This document shows positions 1 through 8,367 of a stretch of 64,000 nt of DNA, piece after piece. Within the stretch, counting starts at the first letter, position 1; the number at the start of each line of letters is the position of its first letter. The stretch comes from Parcubacteria group bacterium. GTDB lineage: Bacteria > Patescibacteriota > Minisyncoccia > Phycocordibacterales > UBA2100. A program made the translations under genes and the position numbers. The DNA lies in assembly GCA_943358385.1 (NCBI GenBank), contig CALRGX010000006.1, positions 3,559 to 67,558 on the forward strand, read 5' to 3'. A model generated the notes under the pieces. It worked only from the letters and a program-made list of their open reading frames with translations. It had not been told where the DNA came from and searched no databases.

Positions 1-756
1 CTTACTGCACTCATTCCCCACGGTGCCAAACTCTTCCAAACCATACCGATTGAAAACTTTGCACTGGAGTTGTTCTTCCACGTAGGCCCTTACTGTTGGT
101 GAGAGATTTTCAGATACTGACACTATGTACTTCAGGGGGAATTTCCTAGGATTCTTCTGCATATAACTCGCCAATTCAAACAGCAAAGACGGATGTGTTT
201 CAAGTATATCGGGTTGAAAATCAATCATCTGCTGGACGGCAGCCTCCGTGTCGTTCAAGAAATCGTCAATCGCTATCACCAGATGATTTTTTTGCTGGCG
301 CGGATGAATACGGATATGAACGACACGTGCCCATGAAGAATCCACGCGCCATGGCGTGTCCCAGAATAGAAAACGGTAGTACAACGAGTCGCCATACCAA
401 GGGAGTCGTGTGTGCACGCGACGTAGTGGGGTAAACGGCGTACCACTCGATCCTGAAGTCTTCGCCCAGCGGCCATACAGCGGTCGGCTCTGATCGGTGT
501 ACTCTTCCACCGGGCGCCCGGCAAAAAGACTTTTGTCTATAATGGGAAGTAGGCGCAGGTCTTCAAGTCTAGAAATGCAATTTTGATTAACGCCACGTTC
601 CGCTAACAACTGTCGGTACAGTGCGATGTGCTCAGAAAGATAAGGGATGAGTGTCCGCAATCGCGACCATTGATAGCGTTCTATCGCGCGGCGATTACGC
701 AGGTGAACACTGTGAAATCGCAGAAAGCCAACGAGATGCCGAATACGCGAAAGCAT
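1..756 (-). CDS. PaaK/F390-synthetase-family adenylate-forming enzyme, paralog 1 of 3. Its 3' end is cut by the window start and it is absent from the ORF track.
   Basis: Manual minus-strand translation (codons in register with position 1) reads MLSRIRHLVGFLRFHSVHLR...WAKTSGSTGTPF...SVSENLSPTVRAYVEEQLQCKVFNRYGLEEFGTVGNECSK with no stop down to position 1. It is collinear and about 50% identical to the ORF at 787..2064. The ATG (cat at 754..756) lies 30 nt after that gene's stop. Confidence 0.8.
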   Translation of the reverse strand, partial: MLSRIRHLVGFLRFHSVHLRNRRAIERYQWSRLRTLIPYLSEHIALYRQLLAERGVNQNCISRLEDLRLLPIIDKSLFAGRPVEEYTDQSRPLYGRWAKTSGSSGTPFTPLRRVHTRLPWYGDSLYYRFLFWDTPWRVDSSWARVVHIRIHPRQQKNHLVIAIDDFLNDTEAAVQQMIDFQPDILETHPSLLFELASYMQKNPRKFPLKYIVSVSENLSPTVRAYVEEQLQCKVFNRYGLEEFGTVGNECSK

Positions 757-786
757 ACAGTAAAACAGTATAACAAGACGCCAATT

Positions 787-2064
787 CTACAGCGCTGACA
801 CTGATTCATCCTTGATAATCTGCGATTTACCTTGCGGGACTCGAGGAATTGAAGTAACGCACTGGACAGAAACGGCGATGTTCTCGCCAATACGCGCCTG
901 GACACGTTTTACAATATCGGGCCCGTCGCTTGTATGATATGCAGGGCCGGGCAACACTCGTACGCATATGTTCGTTTCAGTGAGCTTTACGACTTGATAC
1001 GAGATAATCTTATCCATAAATGAGTCCAGGGCAGCATCAAACTCAAAGTGATGGTATCGCTTGCCACCAAGAGTGAGAAAAGCGCCATATCGACCTTCAA
1101 TCCAAATGCGCGGGGCGTAGAGTCCACAGGCGCATTGCGTCCATGATATCTTTCCACAGTCACCCGTGTCATAGCGCACAAAAGGCATTTCGTCGTTGTA
1201 CAGGTCAGTTACGATCACACGGCCAAACACGCCGTCTGAACAGGGAGTGCCTTTGTCGTCAAGAATTTCTACCACGAAACTTTCGCAGTTCACATGGAAG
1301 CCGTTATGCTGCGCACATTCCACTCCCACGGTGCCAAACTCCTCCAATCCGTAGCGGTTGTAGATGGGGCAATGGAGGGCCTCTTGTACGACTGCTCGAG
1401 TGGCCGGTGACAAATTTTCAGAAACAGAAACGACGTACCGGGGCGAAAGCACCAACCCGTGCTTGTGCACATAGGTGGCCAACTCGAAAAGAATCGAAGC
1501 GTGGCTTTCAATAATGTGTGGCCCAAAATCAATGATGCACTGGACAGCGCGCGCGGTGTCATTGAGAAAGTCGGTAACAGGGACAACTAGGTGATTGAGC
1601 TTGTTATTGGGCAGCACTCGAATGTGTGCAATGCGCATCCCCTGTGCGCGCACAACCCACGGCTTGTCCCAAAAAAGAAAGCGATAGTGTAGTGAGTCAC
1701 CATACCACGGAAGGCGGACGTGTCTGCGCCTCAGGGGGTTGAAAGGTGCTCCACTTGATCCAGAGGTTTGCGCCCAGCGGCCACGTAAGGACCGACTTCG
1801 ATTTGTATACTCTCTGACTGGCTTGTTCAAGAAAATCGCCTTCGAGGTGACGGGCAATTTTTTTAGATCAGCGAGCGTTCTAATTTCTGCAGGTCGTATG
1901 TCTGCTTTTTTTAAAAGCTCCGCATACAGTGGTATGTGTGAAGCAATCATCGGAATGAGTCGCCGCAATCTTCCTGTCTGCCACTTCTTAATAGCCGTGA
2001 CTCCACGCAAATGCAACACGTGGAACTTGAAAAAAAGAATCTGGCGTCTCAACTTATTAAACAT
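787..2064 (-). CDS. PaaK/F390-synthetase-family adenylate-forming enzyme, paralog 2 (phenylacetate-CoA ligase / CapK-like).
   Basis: It carries the TSGSSGAPF adenylation motif and an RYDTGD motif typical of the PaaK/F390 synthetase family. The start is trimmed to M47 of the track ORF (cat at 2062..2064), because the longer ORF would overlap the upstream paralog by 134 nt and the homologous N-terminus begins there. Confidence 0.85.
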   Translation of the reverse strand: MFNKLRRQILFFKFHVLHLRGVTAIKKWQTGRLRRLIPMIASHIPLYAELLKKADIRPAEIRTLADLKKLPVTSKAIFLNKPVREYTNRSRSLRGRWAQTSGSSGAPFNPLRRRHVRLPWYGDSLHYRFLFWDKPWVVRAQGMRIAHIRVLPNNKLNHLVVPVTDFLNDTARAVQCIIDFGPHIIESHASILFELATYVHKHGLVLSPRYVVSVSENLSPATRAVVQEALHCPIYNRYGLEEFGTVGVECAQHNGFHVNCESFVVEILDDKGTPCSDGVFGRVIVTDLYNDEMPFVRYDTGDCGKISWTQCACGLYAPRIWIEGRYGAFLTLGGKRYHHFEFDAALDSFMDKIISYQVVKLTETNICVRVLPGPAYHTSDGPDIVKRVQARIGENIAVSVQCVTSIPRVPQGKSQIIKDESVSAL

Positions 2065-2068
2065 GCAA

Positions 2069-3415
2069 CTAGAAGGCTTTAATGTAGTAGAGGGCTTTGC
2101 CGCTTTTTGCAGGCTCAATACGGTCAACCGTTTCCCATTGCAGACGTGCATTCGGATGCAAGGATCGCCGGATGCGATTTTGCAAAGCCTCGCGTCTGTC
2201 ATTAAAGGAAGGTCCAGGAATGATACGGAGAGTGAAATCCAGTGGAGCCGTCTGCACTATTTGATACTGATGTACTGCATCCCAATATGCGTCAAACAAC
2301 GGCGAGATGTCGAGCAGTGAAAGTGTATGACCATCGCCCAGATCAATGACATCTGACTGCCGGCCTGAGAAGGTTATGGTTCGTAGGGTTCGTCCGCACG
2401 AGCATGCGTCGACGTCTATACTTCCTCGGTCGCCGATATCGTAGCGAATGAAGGGCATGACGGTGTTATCAAAGGTGGTAACGACAATCCGACCTTCTTG
2501 GCCATCGGGCAAACGGCGCCCCTGCGCGTCGACTATCTCTAGGTAAGCCCATTCCTCGTTAACGTGCATTCGTTTCTTTTCACACTCAAAACCGAGCCAT
2601 CCTAATTCTCGCGTCGCGTACGTGGTATAAAACGGAGCTTGAAAAACGTCTTCAATCATCTGCCTATCACGCGCCCCAATCCCTTCACCAGTGGCCACCA
2701 GGGCAAAAACACTAGGCACGGAAACCCCTTTGCGCACTTGCTTGGCAAGTTCAACAATCCACGAGGTATAGCCATACAGGATGACGGGGTGTGTGCGCAC
2801 GCGAAGTGTGGCTAGAAGTTCGGCGAGTCGATACTGTATGTCTGCTGACGCAGCAAGATAAAACATGACATGCCGATAGAATATGAACCCAATACGATGT
2901 CGTGCACGCATTGAAATAACATCATGCCGGAGGCCATGCCCCACGGCGTAAAATGTTCGTTCACAAAACGCAAAGCAGCGCAGCTCAGAGCGCCATCCGA
3001 AGTAGTAGCCAAATGGGCGTCCTGTTGACCCTGAGGTGAAGTCCTGATGACTGCGCTTGAGCTCGTCGACGCTCGTGAATTCAGAATCTTCTCTTCCTGC
3101 GTAAGTACTTTTGGACGAAATGGGCAATAGCTGCAATTGGTCGACCGGGTCACCCTTCTCACGCTCATAGGTTTGCAATTGTTTTTGCCACAGTGGCAAT
3201 AGTTTAGCCTCTTGCAAAAGCGTATCTAAACGGTCGTTGGCGAGTCGGTTCAAGCGAGTTCGCGGCCAATACTGACTTAGCAATAAGGAGCGAACATCAA
3301 AAAAGAGCGGGATACGCCGAAGTGGGGTTGTGAAAATAAGCGGATGCGTCCAGAGCGCATCGCTGCGTAGTCCTTTTTTTTTGAGTACCTGTTCAGTAAG
3401 GTCCATAGAGCGCAT
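2069..3415 (-). CDS. PaaK/F390-synthetase-family adenylate-forming enzyme, paralog 3.
   Basis: It carries TSGSTGRPF and RYDIGDRG motifs and shares the overall layout of paralog 2. Its stop lies 4 nt before the start of paralog 2. Confidence 0.85.
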   Translation of the reverse strand: MRSMDLTEQVLKKKGLRSDALWTHPLIFTTPLRRIPLFFDVRSLLLSQYWPRTRLNRLANDRLDTLLQEAKLLPLWQKQLQTYEREKGDPVDQLQLLPISSKSTYAGREDSEFTSVDELKRSHQDFTSGSTGRPFGYYFGWRSELRCFAFCERTFYAVGHGLRHDVISMRARHRIGFIFYRHVMFYLAASADIQYRLAELLATLRVRTHPVILYGYTSWIVELAKQVRKGVSVPSVFALVATGEGIGARDRQMIEDVFQAPFYTTYATRELGWLGFECEKKRMHVNEEWAYLEIVDAQGRRLPDGQEGRIVVTTFDNTVMPFIRYDIGDRGSIDVDACSCGRTLRTITFSGRQSDVIDLGDGHTLSLLDISPLFDAYWDAVHQYQIVQTAPLDFTLRIIPGPSFNDRREALQNRIRRSLHPNARLQWETVDRIEPAKSGKALYYIKAF

Positions 3416-3427
3416 CTCAGTGCATTC

Positions 3428-4057
3428 TCACTGAATTTCAGACTTTTCCCTGCGCGACTGCCACCATTCCCAGCCCATAGGGAGAAAGGACGCAATGATG
3501 ATTACCCCAACAATGGGGAGAAGGTATTTCTCTACATCGGGTATCAGTGAACCGAGAAAATACCCTGCCAAAGTTACTCCGGTCGCCCATGCGAGAGCAC
3601 CAATGATGTTGTATCGGGTAAAGGTACCGTAGGGCATGTGTGCAGCCCCCGCCACAATCGGTGTAAAGGTACGCACTGCAGGAATAAAGCGAGCGAGAAT
3701 AATCGCCATAGCGCCTTTTCTATCAAAAAAAGCACGCGCGTCCTCAACACGTCGGTGGCTAAAAAGAAAGGAATCAGGACGCGTGAAAATGTAAGGACCG
3801 GCTTTTCTCCCCGACCAGTACCCCACCGCATCACCTAAGATTGCACAGACGGTAAGCAGTGGGACCAGTATCCAGATGTTTAATAGGCCCTGTGAGGCAA
3901 TAAAGCCCGCAGTAAAAAGTAAACTATCGCCTGGTAGAAAAAACCCAAAGAAAAGTCCAGATTCAGCAAAAACAATTGCCGCAAGGCCTGCGTAACCTGC
4001 AGATTCAACCAGGGTGGGCAAATCGGGGACGAACATACTAAAACTCGAGGGATTCAA
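3428..4057 (-). CDS. DedA-family (VTT/SNARE-associated domain) inner-membrane protein.
   Basis: It shows the multi-TM DedA signature (FLPGDSLLFTAGF ... ARFIPAVRTFTPIVAG). It is co-oriented with and 10 nt upstream of the PaaK-like triplet. Confidence 0.85.
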   Translation of the reverse strand: MNPSSFSMFVPDLPTLVESAGYAGLAAIVFAESGLFFGFFLPGDSLLFTAGFIASQGLLNIWILVPLLTVCAILGDAVGYWSGRKAGPYIFTRPDSFLFSHRRVEDARAFFDRKGAMAIILARFIPAVRTFTPIVAGAAHMPYGTFTRYNIIGALAWATGVTLAGYFLGSLIPDVEKYLLPIVGVIIIASFLPMGWEWWQSRREKSEIQ

Positions 4058-4250
4058 TGTTGCTCAGTTGCTCGTAGCTCGAAAGAAACGAAGGGATGGC
4101 GAACATAAGGCCAAGAATTGGCAAGACCAATGCAACGACAGTGGCGATGACCATCCCCAGAAAGTATTTGCGAGTTTTCTCTACTGAAATGTAAATGGCG
4201 TCTACTTTTTCTTCTAGATGCGCAAGTTTTTTCCACGTTTCGGTGTCCAT
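4038..4250 (-). CDS. Small hypothetical membrane protein (70 aa, one TM).
   Basis: The ORF has a hydrophobic core (VIATVVALVLPILGLMFAIPSF). It overlaps the DedA start by 20 nt and would be the first gene of the minus-strand operon. A TATAGT -10-like hexamer sits just upstream. Confidence 0.4.
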   Translation of the reverse strand: MDTETWKKLAHLEEKVDAIYISVEKTRKYFLGMVIATVVALVLPILGLMFAIPSFLSSYEQLSNIESLEF

Positions 4251-4422
4251 ATGTAGGCACTATAGCACTCAATTGTTCATCACCCGTGTGGAGCAATATG
4301 AGCATAAGGGGGACTTGACGTATCATGTGTGCGTGCTATGGTGCTGTCGGTCAAGACAGAGTCTTGGCACTTGGGCACTGCCCAAGTACTGAGGATAGCA
4401 ACAGAAAGTTGGAGAACGCACC

Positions 4423-4761
4423 ATGCGTAGTTTCATCGCGATCCTTGCACTCGGCACCGCCTGCCTTCTTCCACTCTCCTCGGCTTCGGCAGCAACATGC
4501 CAGGAGCTCAAGGCGGCCGACGACAGCCTCGTCAATGCCGTAGCGGCCATCGACGCGAAAGTGGTGAGCCCACTTGATGCCCTGAAGGTCTCGGCCGCAC
4601 AGCTCGCCGCCATCACCGACATCGACCCCGACAAGCGCAAGAAGATCGCCGACACCGTGGCCGCCCTTCTGGCCGCAAACGCTGGGCCCGAGCCCGTGAA
4701 AAAAGCGTTCGGCGAGGCGCGCACTGAGGTTGCCGACGCTCGCACGAAGAAGAAGTGCTGA
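4423..4761 (+). CDS. Hypothetical secreted protein (signal peptide, Ala/Lys-rich, about 63% GC).
   Basis: The N-terminus MRSFIAILALGTACLLPLSSASAA is a signal peptide. A TTGACG-16-TATGGT promoter-like pair lies at about 4313..4340 and a terminator hairpin follows the stop. Confidence 0.6.
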   Translation: MRSFIAILALGTACLLPLSSASAATCQELKAADDSLVNAVAAIDAKVVSPLDALKVSAAQLAAITDIDPDKRKKIADTVAALLAANAGPEPVKKAFGEARTEVADARTKKKC

Positions 4762-4784
4762 CGCCAGTCAGCCCACTGAACAAC

Positions 4785-4811
4785 AGGCGCCCGGACATTG
4801 TCCGGGCGCCT
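4785..4811. terminator. Bidirectional terminator hairpin between convergent genes (AGGCGCCCGGACA / TGTCCGGGCGCCT).
   Basis: A 13-bp inverted repeat sits between the stop of 4423..4761 (+) and the stop of 4810..5130 (-). There is no clean U-run. Confidence 0.5.
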
Positions 4812-5130
4812 ACTTATTACGCACGATCTTTTCGTAGCGCTGCTGTGCATGGACAAGCTCAAGCAGCGCTTTAGTACGCGCGTCCCAACATTTTGTGTAA
4901 TGACCATTGCGGAAGCCATCTGGGTTGTTTACTTTTTCCCATGCCTTATGCCGTTTAATAAATTCTTCTTGCAGCAGTGCAACTTTTTTGCTTGCCATGT
5001 CTGAGCTCCATTTTTCTGCCGCCAGTATACATGGTCTGCTCTTTTGTTGCTTTTCCCAGGATGGAAAGTCTATCCTGCTATTCACGAGCTGCGGAGACGT
5101 CTTATGTAAGGACATCAGCCTCACTGCCAT
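4810..5130 (-). CDS. Hypothetical small protein (the start may be the internal M at 4995, giving 61 aa).
   Basis: The ORF overlaps the GIY-YIG gene stop by 10 nt in the same orientation. I recognised no family. Confidence 0.4.
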   Translation of the reverse strand: MAVRLMSLHKTSPQLVNSRIDFPSWEKQQKSRPCILAAEKWSSDMASKKVALLQEEFIKRHKAWEKVNNPDGFRNGHYTKCWDARTKALLELVHAQQRYEKIVRNK

Positions 5131-5375
5131 TCACCATTTATTAACTTCTGTTTTTTCTCCACTGTCCACCCTTTGAGTTGAATTTCCCGCTTCCTTGCTT
5201 CTGATTTGTTCTGGAATGGATTCGATACATACACAAGAATGAATGGACCCTGCTGTCTCGCCATACTCGACCCGAGGCCCGCATTGTGCTTGCGGAGCCG
5301 TTTTGGCGGATCATTAGTGATACCAACGTAATGTCTTCCTGTTCCTGTGGCAGCAATGTATACAAACCAACTCAT
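5121..5375 (-). CDS. GIY-YIG (URI) domain small nuclease-family protein (COG2827-like).
   Basis: The motif WFVYIAATGTGRHYVGITNDPPKRLRKHN matches the GIY-YIG signature (GIY, YVG, R, N) of stand-alone 80-100 aa URI-domain proteins. Confidence 0.75.
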   Translation of the reverse strand: MSWFVYIAATGTGRHYVGITNDPPKRLRKHNAGLGSSMARQQGPFILVYVSNPFQNKSEARKREIQLKGWTVEKKQKLINGEWQ

Positions 5376-5456
5376 ATATTTTGCTGCCCTTCGACAAGCT
5401 CAGGGTACTTCACCTCGCTTCTCAGTTTACACTGAGCGAGCGAAGCGAGTCGAAGT

Positions 5457-5475
5457 GTGGACCCATGGAGATTCG
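5457..5475. repeat. Exact 19-bp direct repeat (GTGGACCCATGGAGATTCG) copying the 3' end (T-loop to discriminator) of tRNA-Ala. Candidate distal att-like site.
   Basis: It is identical to 8369..8387 inside the tRNA-Ala gene. The flanking bases differ on both sides (t vs g before, g vs a after), so this is a discrete 19-mer rather than a larger duplication. Confidence 0.8.
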
Positions 5476-5797
5476 GGGTCAAGTCACTAAGATTTTGCGG
5501 CGCTGCACTAGCAAAATCTAAGTGCTTCCTCCCCGAGCTCGCCGACAAGCGCTCGTTACACTCGCCTTGTATACCGGCCCCGCTTTTCGAATCTCCCTGT
5601 ATCCTACAAAACAAAAGTCGCCGAATGCTTACGCATCCGACTCCTTTGTTTTGTGGAGATTGTACCGCAAAGTTCGGACCTATTTCAAACAGAACCCGAT
5701 CTGATGCGCGCGCCGCGTGCGCTGTATCGCATTCCAACAAGGTACGCGCGGAGCGCGTGCCAACACTGGGCACCGCCCGCCGCCGCGAAGGGGCGGC

Positions 5798-5888
5798 AAC
5801 CCCGAAAGAAACCGCTCCTTGCATTTCTGATTCGGCGGGGGTGAATTCGTGCATTCAAAAAAAGGAAAGGGCGGTTTCTTTCGGGGTT
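5798..5888. repeat. Perfect 18-bp inverted repeat (AACCCCGAAAGAAACCGC / GCGGTTTCTTTCGGGGTT) flanking a 55-nt loop that contains GAATTC, inside the non-coding part of the islet.
   Basis: The arms at 5798..5815 and 5871..5888 are exact reverse complements. Additional hairpins lie at 5490..5518, 5889..5904 and 5918..5951. Confidence 0.6.
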
Positions 5889-6090
5889 CTGCCCTTTGGG
5901 CAGGGGCGGCGCAAATGCGAACGGCTCAGATACCGGGTATGCGAGCCGTTCAATGCAAATACAAGTGGTATCTCGCCATTCAAAAGTCTTTAAGGAATGG
6001 CGAGACGCAAATCTATTTGCGCTTGGCCCGACCCGCCCATCCGCGCGCAAACATCCGCCGCAAGGAAAAGATGCGGCGGAGGACTCCCCG

Positions 6091-8265
6091 TTAGTCCCGA
6101 TATGACGTTATTGTTTCTGCTTGGTCAAAATCAATGCAGTAGACTTTCGGTGGCTTGTCATAATTTTCCGTCCCGTCGCTATTTTTTTCAAACACCAAAC
6201 AAAAGTTATCCCAGTGCATATGTCCATGTTTTATTCCTAGTTCACCGAGCCCCTGCCAAATCTTTCTGTACTGCGTGTTTACGTGGTCAAACCAGCGTGG
6301 GCTTTTTTCTGCCCATGCTCTGAACGGAATACCTACCACCCCAGACGATACATACACCTTTGACGGATCATGCGAATCTGGTCGAACAGACAAAATTGGT
6401 TCAATTGGTACATATGAAAAACCCAATTTTTTCCAGGTCTGGTGAGCCTCAAAGGCTTTACGCCACTGTAAATACGAATCCGCTTTAATATGTCTTACGA
6501 TTTCTTTCTCTTTGAACTTACCACCTAACAGGTCTAGCTCACTGCCTGTTTTGTCGAACCTTGTTCGTCTGCCGACCTCAGTTGTCGCGTACAAAGTATT
6601 TTCAACTGCCTCAATGGGCGCAGTTTTCTCTATGAGCGCTTGCGCCTCAGGAGATAGGTCGCGAATAAGTGGGAATGAGCCATTTCTGCCAGCTTCGTTA
6701 AGATCTCCTGTGACAATCCTTCGCATTCTAGGTTCTGGGTCTTGAATTGCGGCTAACACGTATTTTTCTCTCAAGGACGGCGGGAGTTGAATTAGATTTT
6801 CCAAAGCGTAGAGCTTATCAGCCGGTGTGCTATTGAAATTACCCTCTATATATTCATCCAGTTTCTTAAACAACTGACTTGAATACTTCTCTGGCAGGGA
6901 CTCTATCAATTGTCGAAGCCGAGGGTGGTCTAAATCTTTATCAGGCGACAATTTCGCTGCAATCGTTCGTGATACGTCTTCGTACCCCATCTCAGCTAAA
7001 TCGGACGGTAGCGTTCTCAGTAACATTACTAACTCAGGCGTTTCTTTGCGCTTTAGAATTTCAGACCAAAGTAGTTGTTGAGCGTATAACTTATCCTCTG
7101 ACTCTGGCATTTGAGATATCACTTTCGCCAAGTCCGTTCCAGTTTCAAACAATCCATTCCCTGAAAGCCCTTTCTTTATTTGCTCAAAACGCGCTTGTGG
7201 CGGTAAATGAAAAATGAGTTTTGCCGCCGCACGTTGTTTTTCATAGTTTTTATTCCAAGCGTCATTGACCCACTGTTCCAAGCGTTCTGTCGGGATACCT
7301 GCTGTCTTATCTGGTGGAAGTTTTGAAATAGCCTCCGCTGCACTATCTCGTACCCACGACTCCGCGTCCTCAAATGCGAGAATAAGGATTGGCAATTGTG
7401 CGTCAACTGGCAGCTCCTCTATTTGTTTGATTGCATCAACTTTCTTCGTCGAAGCGTGCTCACCTTTGTAATTCTTGAAAATGTACTCGATAGGTTTTAC
7501 AAGTTGCGAACCTCTCATTCCTTGCATAACTTCCCCAACGTCAAACAGATCCTTAAAATCTTTTGACTTCGTTTTCTCCGATATCCATTCGTCAACGCGC
7601 GCATAGTATTCACCACGCTGCTTTTCCTCAAGAAAATCAATGAACCTAACCGCCGTCGACGTCAAATCGCCACTGCCGAGTTCAGCGTCAATCAAATTTT
7701 TCATACCACTTTGTAGACGAGGAAGAAGTGCGGACGGGAGTTTTTCAAGCAAATTTAAAACTTTTTCACGTACGTCCCATGTCATGTCTGAAAGTACAGT
7801 TTCAAGATAAGCGGGCTGTAATTGTGTTGGCAGTAGACCCACCAGCTGCACAGCCGAAGCCCTGACTTTCGAGTCGGTTGAATTTATATTCTCTGCTATT
7901 TCCTGTCCAAGTTTCTCGAATGCAGCGTCCTGAGCACTCTCGGATAAAGTCTTTGCAGCAACACGCGCGGAGCGTCTAACTTCGGGGTCTTTATCCTTGA
8001 GAGCAGCGACTAGTGCCGAAGTCTGTTCGGCGGCCGGCATTTGCGGAATCATATCAGCGGCGCGTTTGCGCGTTTCCGAACTTGCACTACTTAAATCATA
8101 TTGGACTGCTTTGTTGATTTGAGTCTGAACAATCGCGTTTGACGTTTGATATCTACGAAGCCAACGCTTTGCCACTACTTCAGGAATACCTTCTGGCACA
8201 TACATTTCGAGCGGAATTTCCACTCCGCTCGGTTGATTCAGTTTGGGACTCTCGCGCATCTTCAT
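6091..8265 (-). CDS. HEAT-repeat protein with a C-terminal atypical protein-kinase-like (RIO/Kdo-kinase-like) domain.
   Basis: The 724-aa ORF has N-terminal PBS-lyase/HEAT-like repeats (DKDPEVRRSARVAAKTL; DAESWVRDSAAEAISKL; MTWDVREKVLNLLEKL). The last ~230 aa show a kinase-like order of motifs: a beta3-like IVRHIK, an HGHMHWDNF stretch aligning to the HGDLxxxN catalytic loop with Asp replaced by His, and VYCIDFDQA resembling the IDFxQ/DFG segment. Its GC content is lower than its neighbours. Confidence 0.8.
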   Translation of the reverse strand: MKMRESPKLNQPSGVEIPLEMYVPEGIPEVVAKRWLRRYQTSNAIVQTQINKAVQYDLSSASSETRKRAADMIPQMPAAEQTSALVAALKDKDPEVRRSARVAAKTLSESAQDAAFEKLGQEIAENINSTDSKVRASAVQLVGLLPTQLQPAYLETVLSDMTWDVREKVLNLLEKLPSALLPRLQSGMKNLIDAELGSGDLTSTAVRFIDFLEEKQRGEYYARVDEWISEKTKSKDFKDLFDVGEVMQGMRGSQLVKPIEYIFKNYKGEHASTKKVDAIKQIEELPVDAQLPILILAFEDAESWVRDSAAEAISKLPPDKTAGIPTERLEQWVNDAWNKNYEKQRAAAKLIFHLPPQARFEQIKKGLSGNGLFETGTDLAKVISQMPESEDKLYAQQLLWSEILKRKETPELVMLLRTLPSDLAEMGYEDVSRTIAAKLSPDKDLDHPRLRQLIESLPEKYSSQLFKKLDEYIEGNFNSTPADKLYALENLIQLPPSLREKYVLAAIQDPEPRMRRIVTGDLNEAGRNGSFPLIRDLSPEAQALIEKTAPIEAVENTLYATTEVGRRTRFDKTGSELDLLGGKFKEKEIVRHIKADSYLQWRKAFEAHQTWKKLGFSYVPIEPILSVRPDSHDPSKVYVSSGVVGIPFRAWAEKSPRWFDHVNTQYRKIWQGLGELGIKHGHMHWDNFCLVFEKNSDGTENYDKPPKVYCIDFDQAETITSYRD

Positions 8266-8284
8266 AGTTTATCAGATTATCAGC

Positions 8285-8339
8285 GGAGTGGCATTTCCTT
8301 GCGGAAATGCCACTCCATGCGCGCGGCTCCGCCGCGCGC
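8285..8339. promoter_or_regulatory. Two adjacent GC-rich hairpins between the tRNA-Ala 3' end and the start of the islet gene. The first is a perfect 14-bp-stem palindrome with a 4-nt loop (8285..8316) and the second is an 8-bp GC stem (8319..8339).
   Basis: The arms GGAGTGGCATTTCC and GGAAATGCCACTCC are separated by ttgc, and GCGCGCGG / CCGCGCGC by ctccg. No U-run follows on the tRNA strand, so this is not a canonical intrinsic terminator. Confidence 0.5.
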
Positions 8340-8367
8340 CCTTTGGATTTCTCGGCAAATTCAATCG

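Noticed and set aside
5685-5705. ACAGAACCCG motif reminiscent of the RNase P RNA P4 3' strand
   Set aside because: No matching GGAAAGUCCGG 5' P4 strand lies at an appropriate distance on either strand. The surrounding sequence does not fit a type A or type B RNase P layout.
5380-5860. Possible tmRNA (ssrA) on the minus strand ending in the tRNA-Ala-like 3' sequence at 5457..5475
   Set aside because: Only the last 19 nt match tRNA-Ala. The preceding bases cannot form a T-stem (TTGAC versus CTCCA). No GGGG...GAUUCGACGGG 5' domain pairs with the 3' end. No plausible tag reading frame ending in ALAA-like residues is present. The match is better explained as an att-like direct repeat.
5372-6323. 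Multiple 60-180 aa ORFs in the track on both strands of the GC-rich islet segment
   Set aside because: They overlap one another extensively, are low-complexity (Arg/Ala/Pro-rich), lack RBSs, and arise from a high-GC stop-poor region. I treated them as non-coding.
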